From UHGV virus genome UHGV-0394570: DNA of 13,411 nucleotides; one strand, written 5' to 3'. This stretch comes from a virus. The translations under genes and the position numbers were made by a program. A model generated the notes under the pieces. It did no database searches. It saw nothing but the letters and a program-made list of their open reading frames with translations, and had not been told where the DNA came from. Position 1 is the stretch's first letter. Each line of letters begins with the position of its first letter. This document shows, in pieces, positions 1 to 6,477 of this stretch.

Positions 1-140
1 CCGGCACTGATTTTTTCAGCGGCCCTTTTGTCAATCTGGCTACGCCAGAAATTACGGACAGCTTTAAAACCACCGGAAAGCAGCACCAGCACACACACCA
101 CCGTACAGAAGTACAGCAGGAATTGTTGAATAAAAGTCAT
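1..140 (-). CDS. Small membrane protein, N-terminal part only (continues beyond window start); holin-like position downstream of nanS-p
   Basis: ATG at 140-138 on minus strand with GGTGGAA SD-like motif upstream. Translation MTFIQQFLLYFCTVVCVLVLLSGGFKAVRNFWRSQIDKRAAEKISA has a hydrophobic N-terminal segment followed by basic residues. Absent from ORF track because truncated by window edge. Confidence 0.4.
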   Translation of the reverse strand, partial: MTFIQQFLLYFCTVVCVLVLLSGGFKAVRNFWRSQIDKRAAEKISA

Positions 141-224
141 CGTTCCACCGTATTGTGCATAATGATGAAAAACGTCAGAATAAACATGACTTCATTGATG
201 TATGTTTCATTAGCATTCTTCACT

Positions 225-255
225 CCCCTCCCAGGATACCGGAGGGGCTTTTTTT
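225..255 (+). terminator. Hairpin plus T-tract, oriented as a plus-strand intrinsic terminator
   Basis: CCCCTCC (225-231), 9-nt loop, GGAGGGG (241-247), then CTTTTTTT (248-255). On the minus strand the A-run precedes the hairpin, so it is not a canonical terminator for the minus-strand genes. Confidence 0.4.
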
Positions 256-264
256 ATAAGAGCA

Positions 265-2253
265 TTACGCAGATGCCGGGCTGTTCACTTCCACTGTCAG
301 CGTGTCAATCCACGTTTCATACGTGGCTGTATTCGACGCATCCGTCAGAATAAGCGTGTTTTCCTGTCCTTCATATTTAAAACAGGACAGCTGTGTGGTC
401 GGGGCTTTTACCGTATCCACGTATGGCGTCACCGTGTTCTGGCCTCCTCCCGGATATACCAGCTCCAGTGTGTGCCATTCACTGTTCAGCGTACCGTATC
501 CCGCAACACGCGTCTGCGCTGCACCATTGTGCATCAGACTGAGTTTGCCATCCGTTTCTGTCTGCAGATAGAACGCCACCAGGAACGGATGGGTACCGTC
601 CGCCTTATTGGCAAATTCCACACCTTCCGGGATATCGTTTTCCTTCAGCTGCAGATACATCGCCAGGGCTATCTGTTTTCCGTTCGCACTCCCTGGTATT
701 TTAAAGCGACAGGTGATTTTGCCGCCGTTTTTCAGCAGTTCCGCCGCATTTGCCACTTCACGGGTCAGCTTCAGGTTCATTGCTTCATCCTGGCTCAGTT
801 TCAGCGCCCGCCCGGAAGTACTGCTTTCATCCTGTACCACTTCCGCCTTACCTTCGCTCAGCGTCCAGCCCTGTTCGGCATAAGCACCTTCACTTTCTGC
901 ACCGCTGTACAGGGTGGTAACGTTACTCTTCGGTTTTGCCGGTTCCGGATAGTTTTCCGTTATATCTCCACCGGCAAGGAACGGTCCGTTACGCCCTGCA
1001 TGGGTCAGGATTGCGGTGGCTATACGGTCCGGCAGGATGCCGCGACGGGCCCAGGAACTGAAATGCATGGCGCGTGTCGGGTTCGTCCAGTTACCCGCCG
1101 TGCGTGATGCTGCACCGTAATAATTTGCTTCGGGCACATCCGGATCTTCTGCCGGGTTATTGGTCGGAACATTCGCACCGGTCTCATCCTTCATGAGTTC
1201 GACAAAATGCACATTCGGCTCACTGTTTTTACGGTACGCGCCATAAACCAGGCTGTATTGTGTCGGGTACTGCTGCTTCCACCAGAAGGTGGTATCACCA
1301 CATACCCACGGTACGCGGGCCGCATCACCACCCAGACACTGACCGGCATATGCCGCCAGATCGGTACGGAACTGCTTCACCATGGCCGTAAACAACGCCG
1401 GATGCCCCGTGTAACCTGAAGACATACAGTCACCCTCGCCCTGCATCCAGTACACGGCCAGCAGGACGTTTTTCGCGTTCTTTTCAAGGGCGGCCTTCGT
1501 GCGGGCAATTAAATCCATGTACAACGGTTTACCCACACCCCAGCGGGAGGAATCCGCTGTTGCCCCCGTCTCCGGGTTATAGGTACCCTCATCACGATCG
1601 GTAAACGCAGAGCCGCCACGACTGCACGGCACAATCAGGATCCCCGCATTAACCGGAATATAGGGCAGAAGACGTTTGGCAATATGCAGGCCGTGCCCGA
1701 CACAACCATACTGACCACGGGAAAGGTCCGCGTTGGGGTGATTTTTGGCACTCATGTCTTCAACGTCATGGAGACAGTGATCGGCCTCAATCACATCGTT
1801 GTATTTACAGGCAGCACCACCCGGTCGGACCACACTGCGGCGGGCCAGCTGCTTAATGCGTGGATCGGGACGGTCGTAGCTGTCAGGCAGGGGCATACCT
1901 TCGCCGGTTGCCATATTGTTGGACTGACCTGCGGTGACCAGCACATAGTAATATTCAGGCTCACGGGTCGGCTCGCTCACCACCGCACCGCCTTCCTCCG
2001 GTGTCACCACGACAGGCGTGGTGACATCCCCTTCTGCGGCAATCGCCTGCATCAGGGTATAAGGGGTAATGGCGACCGGGCTGCCAAACGGCTGCCAGCC
2101 TTCCTTCAGTTTTTGNNNNNNNNNNNNNNNNNNNNNNNNNNNNNNNNNNNNNNNNNNNNNNNNNNNNNNNNNNNNNNNNNNNNNNNNNNNNNNNNNNNNN
2201 NNNNNNNNNNNNNNNATCAACTTGCTGAATTGTGAGGTATTTAAAAATTTCAC
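265..2253 (-). CDS. nanS-p: NanS-p-like prophage sialate O-acetylesterase (SASA/SGNH-type esterase), interrupted by assembly gap
   Basis: Long minus-strand ORF with esterase signature TAGQSNNMATGEG (GQSN serine motif) and a C-terminal beta-rich domain. Lies downstream of the tRNA triad as in Stx-phage late regions. The 5' end is uncertain: track start is GTG at 2253 and codons 13-46 fall in the N run. Confidence 0.75.
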   Translation of the reverse strand: MKFLNTSQFSKLXXXXXXXXXXXXXXXXXXXXXXXXXXXXXXXXXXQKLKEGWQPFGSPVAITPYTLMQAIAAEGDVTTPVVVTPEEGGAVVSEPTREPEYYYVLVTAGQSNNMATGEGMPLPDSYDRPDPRIKQLARRSVVRPGGAACKYNDVIEADHCLHDVEDMSAKNHPNADLSRGQYGCVGHGLHIAKRLLPYIPVNAGILIVPCSRGGSAFTDRDEGTYNPETGATADSSRWGVGKPLYMDLIARTKAALEKNAKNVLLAVYWMQGEGDCMSSGYTGHPALFTAMVKQFRTDLAAYAGQCLGGDAARVPWVCGDTTFWWKQQYPTQYSLVYGAYRKNSEPNVHFVELMKDETGANVPTNNPAEDPDVPEANYYGAASRTAGNWTNPTRAMHFSSWARRGILPDRIATAILTHAGRNGPFLAGGDITENYPEPAKPKSNVTTLYSGAESEGAYAEQGWTLSEGKAEVVQDESSTSGRALKLSQDEAMNLKLTREVANAAELLKNGGKITCRFKIPGSANGKQIALAMYLQLKENDIPEGVEFANKADGTHPFLVAFYLQTETDGKLSLMHNGAAQTRVAGYGTLNSEWHTLELVYPGGGQNTVTPYVDTVKAPTTQLSCFKYEGQENTLILTDASNTATYETWIDTLTVEVNSPASA
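2116..2215. other. Assembly gap (100 N)
   Basis: Run of exactly 100 n characters. True length and reading-frame continuity across it are unknown. Confidence 0.99.
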
Positions 2254-2432
2254 CAGCTAACTGATACCAGGCTAACCGTCTGGTGTTTTCTTTTTCAGCA
2301 ACGGGAAAACAACAACCACAACACCAGCCACCAGCATCCCATCTGCCAGCACTGACATTATCCGGCTGCTGAAGTCCACCATCACGACAAGAAACAGCAG
2401 AACTACCACAATGGCCAGGCGCAGTTTTACCG

Positions 2433-2864
2433 TCACAGGTGATTCTCCAGACGAAGGCCCAGAACACCGGCTATCTCTTCCAGCACCTTGCGCTCTTCCG
2501 GCTCAATTTCGCCATCTGATTCCGCAATGGCCACCGCCACATCCAGTACATCTTCCGCTTCTCGCATATCGTGTTTCACGTCCTCGATCTCACGTAACGC
2601 TGCACGACGACCTATTTTGAAGTTGGTGTCCAGCTGACCAGTGATGGTTGCGCTAATCGCATTAATTTCTGACGTAAACGCTGACAATGCAGGTTGGTTA
2701 CGCAGTACCTGTTCGATCTTCGCTTTCTCGGAAGCCTCACACTCACCATCTGCATAAGCCACCAGGTATGCAGCGTTAATCACCGCCTGGGCCAGATCGC
2801 GTTTTTCAAACTTTTTAATTTCCGCTGCCGCTCTGCGGGTTTTCTTTTTGAAGATTCCAAACAT
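2433..2864 (-). CDS. TerB-like (tellurite-resistance TerB domain) protein, 143 aa
   Basis: ATG at 2864-2862 with SD AAAGGAACG upstream; the track start at 2936 is a non-ATG extension. Two ADG...E motifs typical of TerB domains (AYADGECEASEKAKI and AESDGEIEPEERKVLEEIA). Confidence 0.65.
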   Translation of the reverse strand: MFGIFKKKTRRAAAEIKKFEKRDLAQAVINAAYLVAYADGECEASEKAKIEQVLRNQPALSAFTSEINAISATITGQLDTNFKIGRRAALREIEDVKHDMREAEDVLDVAVAIAESDGEIEPEERKVLEEIAGVLGLRLENHL

Positions 2865-2994
2865 CGTGACGTTCCTTTGGGTGGGTGAGCCAACGCCCGG
2901 GAGCGATCTGCCCACAGAGAAAGTCACACTGACCACTCCGTAAGCTCACCCCCGAAAGGCTCTGTGGTTGATATGCGCCGGGCGTGGCGCGGAT

Positions 2995-3019
2995 ACAAAA
3001 AAGGCCGCCAATAGCGACC
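2995..3019 (-). terminator. Intrinsic terminator after the 68-aa ORF
   Basis: Minus-strand RNA GGUCGC-UAUU-GGCGGCC (one G-U pair) followed by UUUUUUGUAUCC. Core shares 15 identical nt (GATACAAAAAAGGCC, 2992-3006) with the terminator at 3588-3613. Confidence 0.55.
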
Positions 3020-3053
3020 TCAGTTACGGGATTATTCTGGGGTTAAACGACTG

Positions 3054-3260
3054 TTACTCCCAGACAAAATCATCACTTCCTGTTCGATGCGAGCCATAGT
3101 GAACCTCGTACTTATCTCCCATCTTTCTTGCTTCCGTTTCTGCGTCTTCCTCTGTCGCAAAAACCCCAACAAGATGCCAGGGCGAGCTTCTTACCACAGC
3201 CCAACCTTTAACCCATCCTTTGTTGTCCTTATCTTCCATTAACACTTCAGAAACAAACAT
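3054..3260 (-). CDS. Hypothetical small acidic protein, 68 aa
   Basis: ATG at 3260 preceded by AAGGAG with 6-nt spacing; stop TAA 3054-3056. Translation MFVSEVLMEDKDNKGWVKGWAVVRSSPWHLVGVFATEEDAETEARKMGDKYEVHYGSHRTGSDDFVWE. No family recognised. Confidence 0.5.
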   Translation of the reverse strand: MFVSEVLMEDKDNKGWVKGWAVVRSSPWHLVGVFATEEDAETEARKMGDKYEVHYGSHRTGSDDFVWE

Positions 3261-3312
3261 ATTTATCTCCTTGTGGGTACCCGGAGATATTTTATGATTG
3301 CTCCCGGTCAGA

Positions 3313-3537
3313 TCAATAAAGTGGCTTCAATTTTGCCTTAATGATCAAATCAGGGTGATTGACGGAATCGTACACCACCTCAATATTTTCATCCGTGGCG
3401 TCGATAAGATATTCTTTTACATAAGGACCTGTTGATTTTCCATGAAATACATCTTCAACAAGTACACTCTCCCCCTGAACAACACGAAAACTAACTTCTG
3501 TTTCGAACGGACCAATCGTCACCATCAGTTTTTTCAC
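3313..3537 (-). CDS. Hypothetical small acidic protein, 74 aa (GTG start) or 70 aa (ATG at 3525)
   Basis: AGGAGG 4 nt upstream of GTG at 3537; in-frame ATG at 3525. Translation MKKLMVTIGPFETEVSFRVVQGESVLVEDVFHGKSTGPYVKEYLIDATDENIEVVYDSVNHPDLIIKAKLKPLY. No family recognised. Confidence 0.5.
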   Translation of the reverse strand: MKKLMVTIGPFETEVSFRVVQGESVLVEDVFHGKSTGPYVKEYLIDATDENIEVVYDSVNHPDLIIKAKLKPLY

Positions 3538-3587
3538 ATAGCCTCCTGATAAGCACTCGATTTATTAGTTAATGGTGTAACGCAGAT

Positions 3588-3613
3588 ACAAAAAAGGCCC
3601 GCAAAAGCGAGCC
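3588..3613 (-). terminator. Intrinsic terminator directly downstream of the tRNA cluster
   Basis: Minus-strand RNA GGCUCGC-UUUU-GCGGGCC (7-bp stem, one G-U) followed by UUUUUUGUAUCUGCG. Near-repeat of the 2995-3019 terminator. Confidence 0.6.
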
Positions 3614-3626
3614 AGGTAAATAAATA

Positions 3627-3703
3627 TGGCGCGTTGTACTGGATTCGAACCAGTGACCGATTGCTTAGAAGGCAATTGCTCTGTCCGGCTGAGCTAACAA
3701 CGC
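3627..3703 (-). tRNA. argO: tRNA-Arg (anticodon UCU, reads AGA/AGG)
   Basis: Minus-strand sequence GCGTTGTTAGCTCAGCCGGACAGAGCAATTGCCTTCTAAGCAATCGGTCACTGGTTCGAATCCAGTACAACGCGCCA: 7-bp acceptor stem, anticodon loop CTTCTAA, T-loop TTCGAAT, encoded CCA. Third gene of an ileZ-argN-argO-like triad. Confidence 0.85.
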
Positions 3704-3716
3704 AGGGTACGGATAA

Positions 3717-3793
3717 TGGACCGCCATCGAGGACTCGAACCCCGCGCAACCAGCTTCGAAGGCTGGCGCTCTATCCCGATGAGCTAATGGCGG
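3717..3793 (-). tRNA. argN: tRNA-Arg-like (anticodon read as UCG); unusual C1-G72 and U73
   Basis: Minus-strand sequence CCGCCATTAGCTCATCGGGATAGAGCGCCAGCCTTCGAAGCTGGTTGCGCGGGGTTCGAGTCCTCGATGGCGGTCCA: perfect 5-bp anticodon stem CCAGC/GCTGG, loop CTTCGAA, T-loop TTCGAGT, encoded CCA. Isotype by anticodon only. Confidence 0.7.
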
Positions 3794-3800
3794 TATGTGA

Positions 3801-3876
3801 TGGTGGCCCTTGCTGGATTTGAACCAGCGACCTGGCGATTATGAGTCGCTCGCTCTCACCACTGAGCTAAAGGGCC
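3801..3876 (-). tRNA. ileZ: tRNA with CAU anticodon; closely resembles E. coli tRNA-Ile2 (lysidine, reads AUA)
   Basis: Minus-strand sequence GGCCCTTTAGCTCAGTGGTGAGAGCGAGCGACTCATAATCGCCAGGTCGCTGGTTCAAATCCAGCAAGGGCCACCA: anticodon loop CTCATAA, encoded CCA. Strong resemblance to recalled ileX-type tRNA-Ile2 rather than elongator or initiator Met. Confidence 0.85.
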
Positions 3877-3916
3877 GGGCGCAGAATAATAACGGTGCGT
3901 CACTGATTCTGCAATA

Positions 3917-4975
3917 TCATCCGTTCTGACTGATAAAATCCTGAACTTCCCTGACTGTCTGCTCAAAACGTCCGGTCTCCAGCTCAACACCAATCGCCCG
4001 ACGTCCCAGTGACAGCGCCGCTTTTACCGTTGAACCTGACCCCATGAAAAAATCTGCAATCAGGTCACCCGGACGACTGCTCGCACTGATTATCTGCCGC
4101 AGCATTTCTGCCGGTTTTTCGCACGGATGTTTCCCGGGATAGTACTGCACCGGTTTATGCGTCCACACATCCGTGTACGGCACCTGCGCCGTCACGCCAA
4201 AATACCGCCGCAGATGCTTATATTCACTCTGCAGTTCCGCATACTGCCGGTTCAGTGAAGTATACGTCTCCAGCAGCTGGTGGTGGGGCTTTTCCAGTTC
4301 ACCCCGCTGATGCTTCTCTTCTGCCACCCGGGCAAACAGCGCCTGTAATTTCAGATAATCACTTTCGTCCGGTAGCTGCCACTGACTGGCACTGAACCAG
4401 TGCGACACCATGTTTTTCTTTCCTGTGGCATCCACTATCTGTTTTGCCGTTATCCCCAGGGCAGCGCGCGCATCACGAAAGTAAGCAATCAGCGGGGCCA
4501 TCACATGCTGTTTCAGTGCCCTGCCCTTCGCCTCATACCCGGCATCTTTCGGACGATACGGCCCCTGATAATGTTCCGCGAACAGAATGCGCTCTGTGGC
4601 GGGGAAATACGCCCTCAGGCTTTCCTTGTTGCACCCGTTCCAGCGTCCGGACGGCTTCGCCCAGATGATATGGTTCAGTACGTTAAACCGCTCACGCATC
4701 ATGATTTCGGTGTCAGATGCCAGGCGATGCCCACAGAACAGGTAAAGGCTTCCGGCAGGTTTTAACACCCGCCAGAACTGCGCCAGACACTGGTCCAGCC
4801 ACTTCAGGTAATCATCGTCGCCCTTCCACTGGTTATCCCAGCCCTCAGGCTTCACTTTAAAGTACGGCGGGTCCGTGACTATCAGGTCAACAGAATTTTC
4901 GGGTAACGACCGGATAAATTCCAGGCAGTCGGCGTTGATTAACTCACAACTGGATATTTTTACAGTATTAAGCAT
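3917..4975 (-). CDS. DNA methyltransferase, beta-class (N6-adenine or N4-cytosine), 352 aa
   Basis: ATG at 4975; stop TGA 3917-3919. DPPY motif near the N-terminus (LIVTDPPYF) and AdoMet-binding FxGxG motif near the C-terminus (DFFMGSGST). No adjacent restriction endonuclease gene visible. Confidence 0.85.
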   Translation of the reverse strand: MLNTVKISSCELINADCLEFIRSLPENSVDLIVTDPPYFKVKPEGWDNQWKGDDDYLKWLDQCLAQFWRVLKPAGSLYLFCGHRLASDTEIMMRERFNVLNHIIWAKPSGRWNGCNKESLRAYFPATERILFAEHYQGPYRPKDAGYEAKGRALKQHVMAPLIAYFRDARAALGITAKQIVDATGKKNMVSHWFSASQWQLPDESDYLKLQALFARVAEEKHQRGELEKPHHQLLETYTSLNRQYAELQSEYKHLRRYFGVTAQVPYTDVWTHKPVQYYPGKHPCEKPAEMLRQIISASSRPGDLIADFFMGSGSTVKAALSLGRRAIGVELETGRFEQTVREVQDFISQNG

Positions 4976-5111
4976 GGATCATTAAGCCTGTCTCTGATAG
5001 GCTCATTCTGCTTTTGCGCAAAGCAGTGGGCCTGAGGTTTGCTTGTGATCCGGACGCATGAGCAGATGGCTGGTGAGTGCCCCTAACACCCACCAGCCGC
5101 CCATTTACCAC

Positions 5112-5139
5112 AAATAAAAAAGCCTTCAGGACTGAAGGC
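5112..5139 (-). terminator. Intrinsic terminator overlapping the stop of the 65-aa ORF, upstream of the methylase gene
   Basis: Minus-strand RNA GCCUUCA-GUCC-UGAAGGC (7-bp perfect stem) followed by UUUUUUAUUUG. Confidence 0.65.
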
Positions 5140-5323
5140 GTCTGTAACAACCAAACTGATAGTCTGCCAGACCCGCCATAACCAGCTGGGTCAGTATTAA
5201 CTGGCAGCGTTCGCGTGAAAGGTAAGTATTCTGCGCAATCTCCCCGACTGTCGCCGGGTCGGTAACGCTTAATTCATTAAACACCACTCTGGCGGTTTCT
5301 GTCATATCCTGCTGTTTTAGCAT
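5126..5323 (-). CDS. Hypothetical small protein, 65 aa, between tR'-like terminator and methylase
   Basis: ATG at 5323 with weak SD (AAAGGGA); stop 5126-5128 sits inside a terminator hairpin. Translation MLKQQDMTETARVVFNELSVTDPATVGEIAQNTYLSRERCQLILTQLVMAGLADYQFGCYRRLQS; possible small helix-turn-helix fold (guess). Confidence 0.4.
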   Translation of the reverse strand: MLKQQDMTETARVVFNELSVTDPATVGEIAQNTYLSRERCQLILTQLVMAGLADYQFGCYRRLQS

Positions 5324-5445
5324 GCCTTTTTTCCCTTTTCCGGTTAACGTGACATACCAATAACTCTTGTCGAAAAAGCCAGCAAGCTGAAAGAACGGTA
5401 TTAATAACCACCAGCGAATTTATTGCGCTGCTGTATATTACGGAC

Positions 5446-5468
5446 ACAAAAAAACCACCTTCCGGTGG
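5446..5468 (-). terminator. tR'-like intrinsic terminator downstream of the Q-like gene
   Basis: Minus-strand RNA CCACC-GGAA-GGUGG followed by UUUUUUUGUGUCC, about 100 nt downstream of the Q-like stop. Confidence 0.7.
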
Positions 5469-5530
5469 CTTCCTTGTGCGAAAAAAACTTGCGTTTCGCC
5501 TCGCGATACAGCTTTGCGAAGCTTACAGGA

Positions 5531-5560
5531 ATTCAAGCTGTTTCTGCGTAAAAAAGCAAG
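5531..5560 (-). promoter_or_regulatory. Candidate late promoter (PR'-like)
   Basis: On minus strand TTGCTT, 17-nt spacer, TTGAAT, located between the Q-like stop and the tR'-like terminator. Sequence match is weak; position is the main argument. Confidence 0.25.
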
Positions 5561-5566
5561 CTTTTT

Positions 5567-6109
5567 TTATCGAAATGAATCATGCATAGGTACATAAAGC
5601 ATGTGTTCAGCCACGGCTAACCAACCTGCAATACGTTTCTCACATGTGCTGAAGCACCATTCCGGGTGAGTACGATTTAAACATTCTGCCATTTTTCTCT
5701 TACTCATTCCCCGTCCTTCGTACCTTTGCCGGAGAATATTGATTAGCCCGGGATATTCCCCAAGCACCTCACTGATGACGCGATCAATAATCAACGCCTC
5801 TGTGTCTGTACAATGTGACAACCAGCTCTTCTGCTTCCCTCTGGTCATATCCCGAAAAAATGCCTCAAGTTCCGGTTTATCCAGCCCGGATTTCTTCATT
5901 CTGCGTAAAACCTCATTAACTGCTGTTTTTGTCAGCTTCTTCGAAACCAGTAACCGGTTAAACATATTTCCGGATTTACCCCCACCTATATACGACCACC
6001 GCCCCCACATCCGTAATTTCCCCTGGATCCAGACTGCTTCCAGCGTGTTCAGGCGTAAATGTTCGCCGCTTTTGCCTGTAATTTCCGGATATATCATATT
6101 TACGCTCAC
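5567..6109 (-). CDS. Putative late-gene antiterminator (Q-like)
   Basis: Basic 176-180 aa protein placed between rusA and a promoter/terminator pair, the canonical Q position in lambdoid phages. Track start is GTG at 6109 overlapping the rusA stop (GTGA); alternative ATG at 6097. Family assignment rests on position and recalled resemblance to Q21-type proteins, not on a verified motif. Confidence 0.55.
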   Translation of the reverse strand: MSVNMIYPEITGKSGEHLRLNTLEAVWIQGKLRMWGRWSYIGGGKSGNMFNRLLVSKKLTKTAVNEVLRRMKKSGLDKPELEAFFRDMTRGKQKSWLSHCTDTEALIIDRVISEVLGEYPGLINILRQRYEGRGMSKRKMAECLNRTHPEWCFSTCEKRIAGWLAVAEHMLYVPMHDSFR

Positions 6110-6465
6110 TCACTCTCAATTTTGTAAATCTTCACACCCAGCCGTCCACCAGATACTGGCTGACCACGTACAATATTGATTTCATCAAACTGCTCGTCAT
6201 CAATGAGCACTCCCGCATGCGTCAGCGCATCCAGCGGTGCTTTCAGAATATTGTCCAGGTCGCGACGGCGCTTATCCGGTGGCTCTGCAATCACCTTTAT
6301 CGCCAGCCTTCCGGACAGGCTTAATTTCAGCCGCTGCTGGCGAACAATAAGCGCCACTGCCCGGCGATAACGCTCCCCGGCTTTTGATACAAAATATGTG
6401 CTGCCACGGCGTCGCCAGTAAGTGTTCACTGTCGGCGGATAAGGTAAAACCAAATCTATGAGCAT
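6106..6465 (-). CDS. rusA: RusA-type Holliday junction resolvase, 119 aa
   Basis: ATG at 6465 with SD AAGAGGTGA. Translation MLIDLVLPYPPTVNTYWRRRGSTYFVSKAGERYRRAVALIVRQQ...DLDNILKAPLDALTHAGVLIDDEQ matches the recalled RusA family (conserved acidic residues), in typical nin-region position before Q. Confidence 0.9.
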   Translation of the reverse strand: MLIDLVLPYPPTVNTYWRRRGSTYFVSKAGERYRRAVALIVRQQRLKLSLSGRLAIKVIAEPPDKRRRDLDNILKAPLDALTHAGVLIDDEQFDEINIVRGQPVSGGRLGVKIYKIESE

Positions 6466-6477
6466 CAGTCACCTCTT

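Noticed and set aside
472-2235. Plus-strand ORFs from the track (472-1107, 608-883, 1207-1419, 1684-2235) inside the nanS-p region
   Set aside because: They lie antisense to a long minus-strand gene with a clear esterase signature, have no SD and low-complexity Arg/Cys-rich translations typical of antisense frames.
1961-2467. 168-aa minus-strand ORF spanning the N gap
   Set aside because: Translation runs through the 100-N placeholder and overlaps the nanS-p frame; its Cys/Gly/Arg-rich composition looks like an out-of-frame artefact.
2865-3900. Shiga toxin genes stxA/stxB expected after the ileZ-argN-argO-like tRNAs
   Set aside because: Looked for a roughly 315-aa A subunit and 89-aa signal-peptide B subunit ORF pair; none exists. 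The slot holds only the 74-aa and 68-aa ORFs, so this is an stx-negative relative.
4400-4765. Plus-strand ORFs (121 aa and 74 aa) inside the methyltransferase gene
   Set aside because: Antisense to a gene with clear DPPY and FxGxG motifs; no translation signals.
4968-5150. 60-aa minus-strand ORF between the 65-aa ORF and the methylase
   Set aside because: It spans a strong terminator hairpin, overlaps the methylase start, has no SD, and the translation is low complexity.
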